Shown piece by piece: positions 1 to 30,143 of a DNA stretch of 64,000 nt. The translations under genes and the position numbers were made by a program. Numbering within the stretch: the first letter of the stretch is position 1; every line of letters starts with the position of its first letter. The notes beneath the pieces were generated by a model. That model ran no database searches, had not been told where the DNA came from, and saw only the letters and a program-made list of their open reading frames with translations. Location of the stretch: contig CM102290.1 in the NCBI GenBank assembly GCA_046563655.1, positions 14,446,001-14,510,000 on the forward strand, in the 5' to 3' direction. This DNA comes from Yuukianura sp. NJ FZ-2021. Taxonomy: Eukaryota.

Positions 1-77
1 TCGTACTAAAAACGAACCATTTTCGGTATGTTGCAGTTCATATCATGGATGTTTTCATAAAAATGAGTCAAAGTTAC

Positions 78-123
78 CCTGGCTCTCGTCGGGCCGGCCA
101 GGCTTCTTAACTCGTTGTGACAT
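78..123 (-). CDS. First coding exon of an unidentified gene continuing off the left edge (MSQRVKKPGRPDESQ...)
   Basis: Minus strand: acceptor ttgtttgttccag near 167, aaaATG at 123, 15 open codons, then donor G|gtaac. Possible upstream donors (~581, ~1040) suggest non-coding 5' exons. Product not recognised. Confidence 0.45.
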
Positions 124-1987
124 TTTTAGTAGTTGGGGTTCTCCTTTAAACCATTACATTTGAAACTGGAACAAACAAAACAATAGCAATTAGTAATTAG
201 AAAGTTCAAATGAAACTTAAAAGTAAACATTCACTGACTATAAGTGACAGTGAAAAGAAAGTGAGACACTTTTATGACACTGGAATGTATATCATGGTAG
301 TACGTCACCCTCAACTCTTACTTAAACTGACATCCGAACTCTGCAGCCTTATCCGTTAATCGACTAATCAAATCACAATCTAATTAGTCCATAAAATCAG
401 ATTACATTAGACTGGCTCCAGTGCAAAGATGTTAATGAGTACAACACAAAAGCACATTGAGGATCCGATTCCCAGAAAAAGCAGTAAAGTGTCAATGTAA
501 CGAGAGCGCCGTTCCATTGATTCCTCGATCGGTCAATTAACCCTGACCGTCATGACCCAGTTCCGGACGTTATAAAACTGACCTACGAGAACTTAACAAC
601 GTAACACAAACACTTAGCTTATGACCTTAAGGTAAACAACTTAGGAAATAGTACATACCCAGGTTCCGTTTCAAATAGCATGATACTTTTTGAGACGACT
701 TTTGGATGGGGAAGTTAGACAGAAGGGTATGAAGCACTGATTAGACGGTACTTACATTATGGATACCTGTGATTAGTCTGGACAATTGTAAGGAATTCGT
801 CAATTGTAACTTTGATTTTCCACACTAAGTATATCCACTATTTTGTGTAGTATATTCTTGTAAGTTGGCTGGTCCAAGTTACAGGCAGAAGCAGGAGATG
901 GTTTTTTGCCTCTGCTTTCTACTCATTGACGATAGTAGTCATATGCTAAGTTAGGCTGTCTAACCTAACCTATGCTATAGTGCATAGTAAGGAAACAACG
1001 AAGAAGAGACACTTGAGTAAGGAACGGCAGCGCCATCTACCTTTTCGTTCCAAATTGGGCAGATCCGCACCCTCCACCACCCATTTGCTGAAGTTCAAAT
1101 AGCGACCAGTGTTGCCAAAATAGGCAAAACAAACCATATGTCAATATCAGCTGACATATAACGACTTACTTTATCTTATCACTGACTTAATAGCACAGCT
1201 ATTTCCAGATAAGGTGTAACTTATCAGAAGTTAAAATTGGCAGAAAAAGTTATCAGGGCACTGCTACTTTAATTTGATTTAAGGCTAACATTGACTACGA
1301 CTTTTTCTGGGATGTGATACGAACCCTGAATTTAAAGTAACTAACCCGCACATCTGCGAGAATTGGTAATACTATGTAAGCAAGACAAATTTTAGGTATT
1401 ACTGCGAACTCCCAGTAATAGCAAGTTAGCAAGAGAGTTAGCAAGGTCTCATCTAGACAAAGCTTTAGGTATTACAGGGAGCAAGTGAAATCTCATCAAG
1501 ACGAAATTTAGATATTACATACTGAGAGTTAAATGATGTTATCAATGTTATTTTTAATTATTTGAAAAAATTTTCTATCGGCAACGTCGCACAACAGTAT
1601 TGGGGGGTTTGGTTCTTCCTGTTTCCGGGGGTCAATATATCATTCAGACTAGAGCAATCATTCCTCATTCCACCGCTACGCTACCGTAGTCGTCGCGCCG
1701 TTTCGTTGTTGTCTTGTCTCTCTCACTTTCGATTTCACCATCAGTCAGATGTTAGGAAAAAGAGGGAAAGTGAATAAGTTCATCTTCTAATTAGTAATTG
1801 AAAAGTACAACTCACGTGTCAACTGCACTTCGAATTAAACATCCAGATAAACATAAACGGTAATCATCATTTTAAGCCTTAAAATTCATGGAATTCATTA
1901 CGTAAGACTTGCTCTGAATCATTAAATTCTACCACCTTACTTGCTTTTATCCAGATCTTAGACGTCGCAGCGAGGTGGACATTGACT

Positions 1988-2583
1988 ATGAATCGTCCAG
2001 CGGGAACAGATACTCCGCAGAATGTAGGTGCCACTGGAGAACAGTTCCAGCGTCTATTCTACGAAGCGATGGATAAGCGACGACACGTAAGAAATTCGTT
2101 TCCGTAACGTCAAAGAATGTGGAACTTTGGCTCATGCTGACTCGTTCAATTTTGTGTTGATTTGACAGGTCATACATAAATTTTATTTGGACAACGGTGT
2201 TCTCTGCTGGAACGGCCATGCCATGAATACTATTCCAGCAATTACCGAATTCTATAGCACATTGGCTGAGACGACACATCAAATTTATACACTAGATACC
2301 ATTCCAATGCCAAGTACAAACAACATTTTCTGTCGTAGTTTACAAGCATATCTCCAATGGAATCCTAACTCTGGTATGTTTTCGTTTTGACTAAGGTGTT
2401 GCAGTCGGTGATCAGAAGGCAGTAGTTGTCCACATATCCGGAAGTATTCGGCTGAGTACTGGCGCAACGACCGTTATCAAACCATTTACAGAAAGCTTTA
2501 TCCTGACTTTCGTCGAAGACAAATGGAAAATTGTTTCTGATACATTTCGAACTCAGAATGCAACTGGAGCGCTTACACTATGA
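1988..2583 (+). CDS. NXT1: NTF2-related export protein (p15/NXT1), ~143 aa
   Basis: Exons 1988-2086, 2169-2313, 2396-2583 join in frame. EQFQRLFYEAMDKRRH, LCWNGH and FTESFILT..DKWKIVSDTFR match NXT-family motifs (YYTTMDKRR, LVWNGN, WKIASDCFR). Confidence 0.9.
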
Positions 2584-2956
2584 TAAACAACCTCCGTCAC
2601 TTCCATCTCAATAGTGTATCACCATAATTTATACCAAGCATATATTTTAATTAAGTTATACTTATTTATGTAAAGTCTAAAATAAAAAAAGTAATTGTCA
2701 ATCCGCGGAGGCCGCTGGCAGAGGCCCATGGACATTCTTTTACTTCAACTGCAATTGCGATTGCAAAATAATGGCGAAACGACAACGAAATTATATAATA
2801 ACTTTTAAGTTCGTCGGTTTTATTATGTACGACAACATAATTTTGCCGAAGTATATCATTTATATAAACGTAAATTAATTTATAATAATTACCCATCTAA
2901 CGAATTGAGTAAACTTAGGTCAAATTACTTTATGTTTATTTCATGGTATTTTATGT

Positions 2957-3025
2957 TGTATTATTGGAGATTGTATTTTGTATTATTGGAGATTGTATTT
3001 TGTATTATTGGAAATCGTATTTTGT
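2957..3025. repeat. Short tandem repeat, ~22-bp unit (tgtattattggagattgtattt) x3
   Basis: Directly visible repeat downstream of NXT1. Confidence 0.7.
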
Positions 3026-3710
3026 AGTATAAACAGTTTTGTATTTGGCATTTGGAAGGGCGGAAATCATGTGGGTGATTTTTTTTCGATTAGTAATTAG
3101 GATAGTATTTGGACTGTGTGTAACTTAATACAAGGGAGGAGACTAAAATAAGGAAACTAAACACTTCTTACTGCAACTGCAACAAAGTTAAAGTAGTTTA
3201 GGAGGTCGAGGTGTTGTGTTGCAATTAGTTTTTTTAGTTAATCTAATCAAAAGACTTGCATCATCAAAAGCTATGACGTCCAAAACTTACGAACTTTCTA
3301 CAACTTATCGATTACTTGCCGATTAGGAATCTAAGGTCTGGTATTATCCTCAACCGTAAAACGTTTTCATTTCGTCATTAGTACAGTTCTCAAGCTGATT
3401 GGTCAATTGGTGTCATCGATCCATTAACCTACAGCGCGAAGCCACTCACTAGACTAGAGCCAGAGGTCACAGCTCAGGGAACGGCTGACCTTGACTTGAA
3501 ACGATTCACAATTCAATTTTGACTAATGTTACTGGGTAAGACATAACTTGGTTGTATTGTTAATCAAGTTAATCACTTATGTTAACATTGGTTTTCTCAT
3601 TTTTATAGCAATGTGTCTAAATTAGACAGTCTATAGTCTAATATTTACATGTATTGTTGGGGAGTGATGCTGGATGTACATTGATATTGATTGTATTTCA
3701 GGTTGGAGTC

Positions 3711-7634
<3,924 letters not shown>

Positions 7635-8493
7635 TATTTTTAAGTATAATGGATGCAGAGTGTAAATAATCGACTCAAACAGTCACTTTTCTTCCTTCCA
7701 CTTGCTCCAACTGCCATGCAGCACAAGGAAAGCGAAAACGTTTTTTTGAAAGCGTGAAACGATTTTGTTCAAAAAAACGCGAAAACGACTTTCTTCAATC
7801 TAGCGAAAAATTTGCATGTCTCATAGAAGAGAAGAGTGAAAACGTTTTCGACAGAAAAGCGCGAAAAGAATTTTGTTTCAGAAACGTTACAAAAACGTTT
7901 CTGGATAAAACGTGCTTGTTCAAACAGAAATCGAAGTTTATTGGTGATACTAACTACACATATTACACAGTTACAAAATTTTGAAAAAAACTTGAAAAAG
8001 TTAAACGTAGGTTGGTGATTTCATCTTGTGTAAGGAAGTTCGTTAATCGATTAATGAATTATTTAGGAACTAATTAGGATAATCGCAACGACTAATGCTA
8101 AAAGTCTCTCATTTTTTTTTCACTTGTGCGAAAATAATTTCAATTTTGTGTCCACTTTGTAAAACTTTGCTTAGTTTTTTTTTTCAAAATTTGGTTTTCC
8201 TAAACTTTTTTTCTCATCACTAACTATCTTTTCCTCACTCATAAAGAAAACCAATAAAGAATGTTTTTAAAATGGCAAGTAATTAAAAAGTTTTTTTAAT
8301 TGTAATTAGTTTAACTCTTCAAGTTTGTTTAAAGAGTTGGAGAAGTTCTTAAAACATGATTGAGCTGTTGATTGTAGCTTTTTAGAGGAATATTTTTAGA
8401 ACTCAAAATGAATTATTTTAGGAACACGATAGATGATGGATTTGGGAGTGGGACGGAGTTAAAAAGTTAACGCGTTTTAGGTGTGAAGATATG

Positions 8494-10157
8494 AGGGGAG
8501 ATCGACTGCTTTTCAACGCGATTTGCTGCAAGCTTTTTTTAAAAAACACAATTAAATTTCCTTGCAGAAAATCAAAACGAACATTTTCTGCAAGTTTTTT
8601 TCTTGCAGAAATCGAGACGTTGTTATAAGAAGCTTGCGGAAAATCGAGGAGCTGTTATAAAAAGCTTGCGAAGAATCGAAGCGCTGTTGTAAGAAGCTTG
8701 CGGAGAATCGAGCCGCTGTTATAGGAAACTTGCGGAGAATCGAGACGTTGTTATAAATTATAATTCACTTTTAAGATTTTACGATAGCTGAATTTTCCCA
8801 AGTTAGAATTCTTCGAAAAGTAAACGTAAAAGTTATATTTTGTCAAAAATTTTTGTCACGTCAAAAAGTTAGAGAACAGGTCAATTTTTCACGAGACCAA
8901 CATTTCAAGACGGTAGAGTACGCGTGAATCCTCGGCAAGGCAAATATATCCAAAAGTTGAATTTCAGCTGAATTTTTCAAAATTCCAAATCCTCAAAAAG
9001 TAAGTGTACAAGTGAATTTTTAAAAATTTGGACACGTCAAAAAGTTAGAGAACAGGTCAATTTTTCACGAGACCAACATTTCAAGACGGTAGAGTACGCG
9101 TGAATCCTCGGCAAGGCAAATATATCCAAAAGTTGAATTTCAGCTGAATTTTTCAAAATTCCAAATCCTCAAAAAGTAAGTGTACAAGTGAATTTTTAAA
9201 AATTTGGACACGTCAAAAAGTTAGAGAACAGGTCAGTTTTTCACGAGACCAACATTTCAAGACGGTAGAGTACGCGTGAATCCTCGGCAAGGCAAATATA
9301 TCCAAAAGTTGAATTTCAGCTGAATTTTTCAAAATTCCAAATCCTCAAAAAGTAAGTGTACAAGTGAATTTTTAAAAATTTGGACACGTCAAAAAGTTAG
9401 AGAACAGGTCAGTTTTTCACGAGACCAACATTTCATGACGGTAGAGTACGCGTGAATCCTCGGCAAGGCAAATATATCCAAAAGTTGAATTTCAGCTGAA
9501 TTTTTCAAAATTCCAAATCCTCAAAAAGTAAGTGTACAAGTGAATTTTTAAAAATTTGGACACGTCAAAAAGTTAGAGAACAGGTCAATTTTTCACGAGA
9601 CCAACATTTCAAGACGGTAGAGTACGCGTGAATCCTCGGCAAGGCAAATATATCCAAAAGTTGAATTTCAGCTGAATTTTTCAAAATTCCAAATCCTCAA
9701 AAAGTAAGTGTACAAGTGAATTTTTAAAAATTTGGACACGTCAAAAAGTTAGAGAACAGGTCAATTTTTCACGAGACCAACATTTCAAGACGGTAGAGTA
9801 CGCGTGAATCCTCGGCAAGGCAAATATATCCAAAAGTTGAATTTCAGCTGAATTTTTTAAAATTCCAATTCCTCAAATTTTCCGCATGTTTCTTATAACA
9901 ACGTCTCGATTTTCCGCAATCTTTTTATAACAACGCATCGATTTTCCGCAAGCTTTTTATAACAACATCTGGATTTTCCGCATGTTTTTTATAACAACGG
10001 CTCGATTTTGCGCAAACTTCTTATAACAACGCCTCCGTTCTCTGCAAGAAAAAAGCTTGCAGAAAATGTTCGTCCCTATTTTCTGCAAGGAATTCTTGCT
10101 TGTGTTTTTTAAAAAAATCTTGCAGCAAATCGTATTGAAAAGCAGTCGATCTACCCT
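8494..10157. mobile_element. Non-autonomous foldback/MITE-like element: ~265-bp terminal inverted repeats (with ~32-bp sub-repeats) around a 176-bp tandem array
   Basis: Left end aggggagatcgactgcttttcaacgcgatttgctgcaag is the reverse complement of right end cttgcagcaaatcgtattgaaaagcagtcgatctaccct. Inner arms carry ttataagaagcttgcggagaatcgag-type units in opposite orientations. No ORF and no clear target-site duplication. Confidence 0.85.
8857..9876. repeat. 176-bp tandem satellite, ~5.8 near-identical copies
   Basis: cacgtcaaaaagttagagaacagg starts at 8857, 9033, 9209, 9385, 9561, 9737 (period 176); a degenerate partial unit begins ~8787. Confidence 0.95.
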
Positions 10158-10720
10158 ATTAACCTATTATACCCTATTAACCTATTATACCCTACCCTAT
10201 TATTACCCATATTAAAGTTGAATTAAAATGCGCAACTCTGCTTTTTGAGGTAAAGAGGCGTCGAAGAGGCTTTTTCTTAAATCCAAGTGTCAGGTATGTG
10301 CAGATTGGTAGTGCAAGTTTTAACAAAGGTAGTGCACAGAGGTTTATTTTTGGTATCCTTATGCGGCAAAAATTCAAAAGTAAAAAAAAAAAATTAATGC
10401 CCGACCACCGTAGAGAGTTGTCATGAATACGTAAAACACTATTATATCTTTCCAGTGATATCTTGTGAGAAAATACCTTGAAAAGGTATTTGAACTGCAA
10501 TAGCTCTGCATTAGATTTGGAATAATTTTTTTTGTCAAGATATTCTGGTCTGAAATGGAAAAACAATGACAAGTTTAATAATATAATATGTCATGTTATG
10601 CTCATGTATAAATGTCTTAATCTAAAATGACCTAATTTAGCCTAGAAATGTGCGGCGATCAAAGTTATCTGGCGGTATAAGATATGTGAAGAAGATAGAA
10701 TGGTAACTTTCCATTAATTA

Positions 10721-10886
10721 TGGTAGTGGATATCCACTATTTTGCTTTGTCCAGCGTATATCCAGTGGATAATAAATTTATTCCGGGTTTATCTTGAAAA
10801 AATTGCTGTATAAAATGTTCAAAAATAGAAATGTGTACTTAATTTGATGTCGGTGGAAGAAACATTTTATCCATCTTACAACACTG
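10721..10886. mobile_element. Degenerate copy of the MITE at 43020-43179
   Basis: Shares ggatatccact, ccagtggataat, ggtggaagaaa, atccatc and caacactg blocks in the same order as the 43-kb copy. Confidence 0.6.
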
Positions 10887-11294
10887 GGTTTCATTAATTT
10901 CGGTGGGATAATGTTCCGTTTTTGTGTGTTTTGGGGTCAGTGTGCTGTAGACAGTTCAGGGGTGTGCAGTTTGGTATGTGCGCGAGTGAAGTGCGCCTGC
11001 GTGTGAAAGTAGGCTAAAGAGAAAGGGACTTTGAGTGTGTTGAGGTGACAGTGATAAAGTGGGGTTGAGTGGGTTGAGCTCTCTTTCAGTTCCACTCCTC
11101 TCGTCAAACGAAGTTTAGCTGCTCCAGTGTCTTCTTTGTCCAGACGTTGAAGTGAAGGACACACAGGGTCAAGCACCTCCGCTGTCACCGTGACCCCAGT
11201 CAGCCTCTGTCCTAGTCACTCCTCCGACACTCCATGCATGGAACTTACCATCTGACCAACACAACCCTCCTGTACTCCCTCTGCTCTAGGCTAA

Positions 11295-24006
<12,712 letters not shown>

Positions 24007-27000
24007 AAACTATGTGTGAGGAAAAACAGCTCGTTGACCTTTGACCTCTCCAGCAAAACAGGGTCAAATCGTAACATTTTTTTTTTTGAAAAAAGTGGGA
24101 ATTTCACACTTTACTACTGGAGGCAGTGAGTATTTTTTGGAAGGACGTTGGACATTGTTAAGTCTGCTAAACGTTATTGTTAAAAAGCATCACTCCCGCC
24201 TACTTGTGCGATTACGGTATCAAACTACTGCGTTTTACGGTATTTTTGGAGTAACTAACCTAAAACTTGAGCAAAAATTCCAAGGACGGACGAGTTAATG
24301 TATATTTTTACTCTTTCCTTCTCATATTTAGTGTAAAACACTTAAAATTGTGATTTTAGCCTTTGTGCAAGTGAGAAGTTATGATTTAAACTAATTAGTT
24401 AAACTAATTGGTTTAGTAGTTAACATGGACGTAGCCTGCCTAAAAACTAAAAGTTAGCAGTGTTGGAAAAGTTTTTTGAAAACTGACTTTGCGCACTGCT
24501 AAAAAAAGCCTTACAAAAGGAGCTCCTCATCTTGTTTTAAAAAATGGTTTAGAAAAAGTGAGTGACTGGGTTTCTAAAATTTAAAAAAAAGACTTAGGAG
24601 TTAGGTTTCTCCTTTCAAAAATTATTTAAACCTAATACGCTTCTAACTTTTAACCTAACAATTTACTATTATCCTACCAAAGGATTTCAAAAAAACTAAG
24701 GTTTAGAAAAACTGGTTTTTAGAAATTTAGAAAATGTGGACACAATTTTAGAAAGTCCAGTTTTGCTAAAGTTTCTTCTTGGGTTAGCCTAAAACTAACC
24801 TTATCGTAGTGACACTTTTTTAATTAACTTTTAATTGACTGACGTAATTAAACAATGGTTAACCTATAACTTAAAACTAGCCAACAACATTAACTAATCT
24901 GATGGGTAATTAAAGTTAACTTTGACTAATTAGTTAAGTTTAGACAGTGTTAAGCTAACTTACAAGTTACAAAGACTTGACAACGGTTAGAATCCTTCTT
25001 TTTCAAAATATCTTCTTTTTCTAAACAAACCTTGCGTGTGTAAATTGTAAAGTTTTGAAAAGAAAATTTTAGAAAAAGGACAATTAGATTTTCGAAATTG
25101 AATAATTGAATTTAGTAGTTTTGAAAATTTTGAATTAGGAATCTGAGATATTTTGGAAGAGAAGGAAGGTTGGCGCGCAATTTTTTTTGCATTGTTGCGA
25201 ATCGAAGTTTTAAGCTTGCTAGAAACTTTACTATTTGAGGCACTTGGTTTTTTTTTAATTTAAGTTTTAGAAATCTAAAAAACATAAGCAATATCCTGAA
25301 AAGAATTAGAACATGCGCCTTTAACCATACACATCGCCTAACTTAAGTTAATTACTAACTAACCTTAGCAAGGTCATTTGTTATACTACAACCAGTTCAA
25401 ATTGACACAAGTTCAAAAAAGAACTTCAAAGAAAAATAAAATTGGCAAATTTGACGTAAAATACAGAGGCGTATGGAAGTGTTTTTTTTTTAAAAAAGTT
25501 AAAATTTTTTTGAATTAATGAAAACTGGAATGAGAAATTGTCATTAGAAATTTTTTTTTAGAAATTGGAAAGTTTTGGGAATTTCTTACAGAAGTTGGCA
25601 AAAATTAAAAAAAGTTTTCCAAAATAACAAGTTTTTTAGTTGAAGCAGAATATGTTGGTGGATTTGTGTTGAACTGTTTGTTGTTGAGCAAATGACGAGA
25701 AATCATGCACATCTAGCTTTTAAAAAATTGTATAAAAATCGTTTTTTTTAATCACGGAATTAATTGCACGAGAAATTAGTGTTGTCGATAAAATAAGTTT
25801 CGAGGGCTGTCCAAGCCACTACTTGCAGTTGACTTTTAATGTTAATGACGAGGTGTTAATTACTGTAGTTAGTTAATTAAAAGTTAATTTTGTTAGATTG
25901 ATGTGACCTGAAAGGTAATCTGGATTCCAGGGTTAGACAAAACGTTTGTAAAACTTGTAATTTATTGAGGCCACTCTCCCTAAAAGTGTGTTAAGGCCAA
26001 CCCCCACTCTCTTCAAGACTTAATTTTTTAATTGACCAATAATATTAATTATATAAATAATAATCATATATGCCTCAAATTTAAAAAAAGTTGGGTTGCA
26101 CTTTTAGTGAAAGTAATAATTCAAACTAAATCAGCTTGTAGACTCAGAAAAAGTGTGACGGTTTTAGAACAATTTTGACCAAACCACTTCAATTTTCACT
26201 TCCAGGAAGCCAATACGTGTATCTAAACACCTGTGTGGCTTTTTTAACTTTAAAATAATTTAAATATAACGTTAGGTTTTAAATGTTCAGACACTGGGTC
26301 GATTGTTTTAAAAAGTTAATTAACTTTTACTAATTGCTTAATTAATGTGATACTAACTTTGATAGAGAGGAAGACATTTTCACCAAATTTTAAACATCAG
26401 GTTAAAAAATATCATCCGGAATCACTTTAGTCTTGTGCTGTACGTTTTTTTTTAAATTTGGCAATTTTGGAAATGTTTGGAGAAAAAAAGAGTTTTTAGT
26501 GAGTTAGCAGGCAATTGAACGTTAGTAGAAGTTCGTAGGAAATTTGTGATGCTAAAAGTCCAACTGTAATTAATTGGTTAATTGTTAATTGTGAAGATAA
26601 TTGCTGATTAATTGTTACTCCAGATTGGTTGAAAAGTTAGCTTTTTTGAGTTAATTGTTAGATTAAAGGTTGGTCCAACTTGATGCTCTTAAACGATTTA
26701 AAAATTTTAAAAGTTTAAGTGAAATGAGTAGCAACTGAAAATTTAGTCTGTTTTAGCGCTTCCGTTTTTAGAAAATTTTAAAAAGTTGTGACACTTTTAA
26801 ATACTGTTGAGTGTGAAGTGGGCTTTAGTAGAAGTTTTTTCACTAAAAGGTGTTTTCATAAAGAAACACTCTCTCACTGTAGCACAGTGTTTTTCTCAGA
26901 ACACTGAACTAAATATCATCACTAAACTTTAATTTAACTACAATTAAAATCACCAGTAAGTTAGGGTATGTTCAATTTGTAAATTTTAGTGATTAACTTA

Positions 27001-29055
27001 TATACAAAAAGTGTCCAACTTATTCCCAGAAAAGAGTTAACTATTTACAAAAGTTTTAAAAAGCTTGTGTGCCGCACTTCCAAGAATTGTGATTTCCTTG
27101 AAACCCTTGAGGTCAATGACCTTTGACCTTTCCCGCCTCCGTGACCTCTGACCTCCTATATTCCCAGTCCCTAAGATGATGGCAAAAGCATCACAACTTT
27201 TTAGTTTCGTTAAAGTCTCAGAGAAGAAATTTCTTGCTAAAAACTGAACGATTTTAGCTCTAAAACCCCGTTTTTCGGAGCTAGCTTTTACTGTTTACGT
27301 CAATTTCATTTTTATTAAAATATTAAATTTAAAATTTACAAAACTTGTTCTTAAGTATTTAATTCTTCAAAAACTCCCGCTCCCTGTGTATGTAATTTAG
27401 AATTCAGTTTTTTGGGCTTTCACTTTGAATGAATTTTCAGACTATTGCCAATTACATATTTTAAAATTTTAGAAAAGTTGGGACGATGGCAGCGGAGACT
27501 GAATTTGAGTTACATGGTTGCGGCTGAGAATGTGGATTTGGTAGACAGCGATTTGGTAAACAACAAAATTTGTCAACTTTTCTTCAACAACAGACAAAAT
27601 TTGATAAAAAGCAAAAGTTGCCAAATAAAAGTTTTTTGGGCGGTTTTGGTGTTTTCGTGTGTAAATTTTGTTGACTGAGTTGTTGTTTACCATTTCGGTG
27701 TTTACTAAAAGGCTAAGGGTGTTAATTAATGAGGACGTGTTTTGTTGGAAATTTTGAAAAAAAAAATATAGAAAATTTACCAGAATTTCGTAGGCACTAG
27801 GTGCATTCTATTCTATTGTAGTTCTAAATGTTTCTCGTGGTTTACACAACTGAATTTCTAAAAGTATTTTTTAGTAAAAATGGACTGAACACAAAGTTTT
27901 AAACACGCTCGACTAACACTTTTTAGGACTTTTAGAACCTAAAGTTTTAGACAGAAGTTACTGTTTACAGAACAAGTAATTAACATACTACTAAATATAT
28001 TTAAACTTATTACAAAAGAATCTTAGAAAACAAACTTTATCCAGATTTAGTAAACTACAAAAAATACCCCATTTTAGAAAAACGGATTTTTAAAACAAAC
28101 GATTTAAAAATCATACTGAAAATGCTATAATTACTAGTAGCAGTAGGCTATAAAATTTCACTTTAAAAACTTAAAAGTAAGTGCTTTTAGATTTTATTTA
28201 ACTAAAAAATTTCTTTAAGTTGTAATTTTAATTTGTATTAACTCAGCGTTTTTGTGAACGTGTTTTTCTCACTTTTTGCAAAAGGTGATCGGGAACATTG
28301 GCGACTCATCATCACATTACTTTAAGATCTTGAATTTTGAACAAAAAATGTTTTGTTCGACATTTTTTTTTGAAAAAATCGAAATTTTAAAACACATTTT
28401 TCCTATCCCACGTAGAAATGATATAAGCCTACAAGAAATTAGGAAAATAGTTGAACCGTATTGAACAGTTTCTGGAAATTTTACGAAGATGAAATTTTGA
28501 AATTGGTTAAAAATTTGAATTTGAAAAAAACACAACCTAACAAAACTAACGTTTGTGACCTCAGTCACATGGTACATTGCCCTTTGAATCCTAAATATAC
28601 TCTGGAAAGACTTTGAAAATAGCCACTAATTACCTCTGTCAGAATTCCATGGATTTAGTTAGTCATTTGCTAAACCACCTCTAGACTTAACTATGATTTT
28701 AATTACAATTAAAGTGAAAGTCTATACACTTTTAAAGTAAACCGGCTTTGAGGGCGTTTGGTCTGCATAGAAGGCGTGCGCATGCGTAAATAGCAATTGG
28801 TCTGATTAATCTTAGTTAATTTTAGTTCTGTTTCTGGAATTAATCAAGTTGTTGTAAAAACCAGGGGCAGGTTAAATATACGACTATTGTAAAAAATAAG
28901 AGTATTTCGGAAAAGTTATGACAAAAAATTAAAATTGTAAAACTTTAATAAGAATGAAAAAGTTTTAAAAACGTGTTTAAAACGGAATCGTCCTTTGCTT
29001 ATTGTTTCAATTATTCTTAAAAACCAAACCAACATTTAAATGGAATAAAATAAAA
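24007..29055 (+). other. Probable long (~5 kb) HIPK 3' UTR
   Basis: No credible exons between the HIPK stop and the MTMR promoter region; tandem AATAAAATAAAA at ~29044. An earlier AATAAA at ~25435 could give a shorter UTR. Confidence 0.45.
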
Positions 29056-30143
29056 ATCTTGTCACTACTATACAGCAGCAGCCACAAATTGAAATTTTGC
29101 TTTACTCTTTTCAGAATTCATTTCAAAGGTGAACTAAATCAACAAGTTTCGATAGGGAAACCAAAAAAAAAATCTCAAAAAAAGACAAATTTTGAACCAA
29201 ATTCAGTATTTAGCGGCATCTAATTTGTGTCGTGCTGAAAACGTTTTTCGTTTTTTCTAAAACGTTTCTCAATCGAAATCTATTTGTTGCTTTCTCTTAT
29301 GTGAAAAAGTTTGAGGAAATTGAATTTTCGTTACAAGAGTGATGATAGGGTGATTGGTTTTTGGGAAATGGAGGTGTTAGATGTTAATTGGTCTAATCGT
29401 GTTTGTTAATTAACTAATTAACAGGTATTCAAGTATCAGTTTACTGGATTTCCTGCATCCAAAACCGACGGAAAGAAGTGTGCGGGCGGTGGGTTGTGCT
29501 TGGTGGGGCAGACACGCGTGGAACCCGGTGAAAGTTCCTGGAAGGCACTTTCCGTTTTCCGTTTTTTAGAAAAGTTGTTCTAAAAGTGGAACAACAACCG
29601 TGCCCGACGCTTAAATTTTGTTGCTTGTCATTCACTTTGTGTTTAGGAGGCTCAAGAGTGACACATTCTAGTGTTTTAGAGTCAACAGTTACCTTGCCTG
29701 TGTCAAAGGTCAAAGGTCACAGATCGCTTTTACTGTACCAAAACTTTGTTTTTCTCAAGTGAAGTGAAACTAGTGAAGTGTGAGACACTGGAGAAATGTG
29801 GGCGGGAGTTTTTGAGTGGCTGTCAAATCTCTAAATCTTGCTAAATCCTCAATTAAATTTTAATTGGGAAGTTAATTAAAGTGAGGGGGCGGAGCTTTGA
29901 ATACATTTGCTCCTCAGCGGGATTAAACTTCCACTTTTAATTTGTTGACATTAAAAACTTAATCTTCTCCATTCTCCTCATCCGGTTCATCCCACATTTA
30001 GAACAACTTGGACGAGGAATTCACACTTGGTTAATCGATTAATCGTGAAATTAAGAAGACAGCAAGACAGGGTCAGCCGAAAGTCAGACGGCAGTTGCTA
30101 GGATATCTCAACGATAACATATTTGGAAGAGGCGTATGCCAAT

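Noticed and set aside
1108..1263. CAGTG...CACTG bounded segment as a MITE
   Set aside because: Only ~5 bp of inverted match and no second copy in the window.
8857..9876. Regular repeat array as a possible CRISPR
   Set aside because: Units repeat in full with no unique spacers; eukaryotic context and no cas genes.
24041..29713. Short ORFs downstream of HIPK and similar Phe/Lys-rich ORFs at 10192, 12417-12992, 39341-42340 and 58036-62743
   Set aside because: Low-complexity AT-rich translations, mostly with non-ATG starts, no recognisable motifs and no consistent splice structure.
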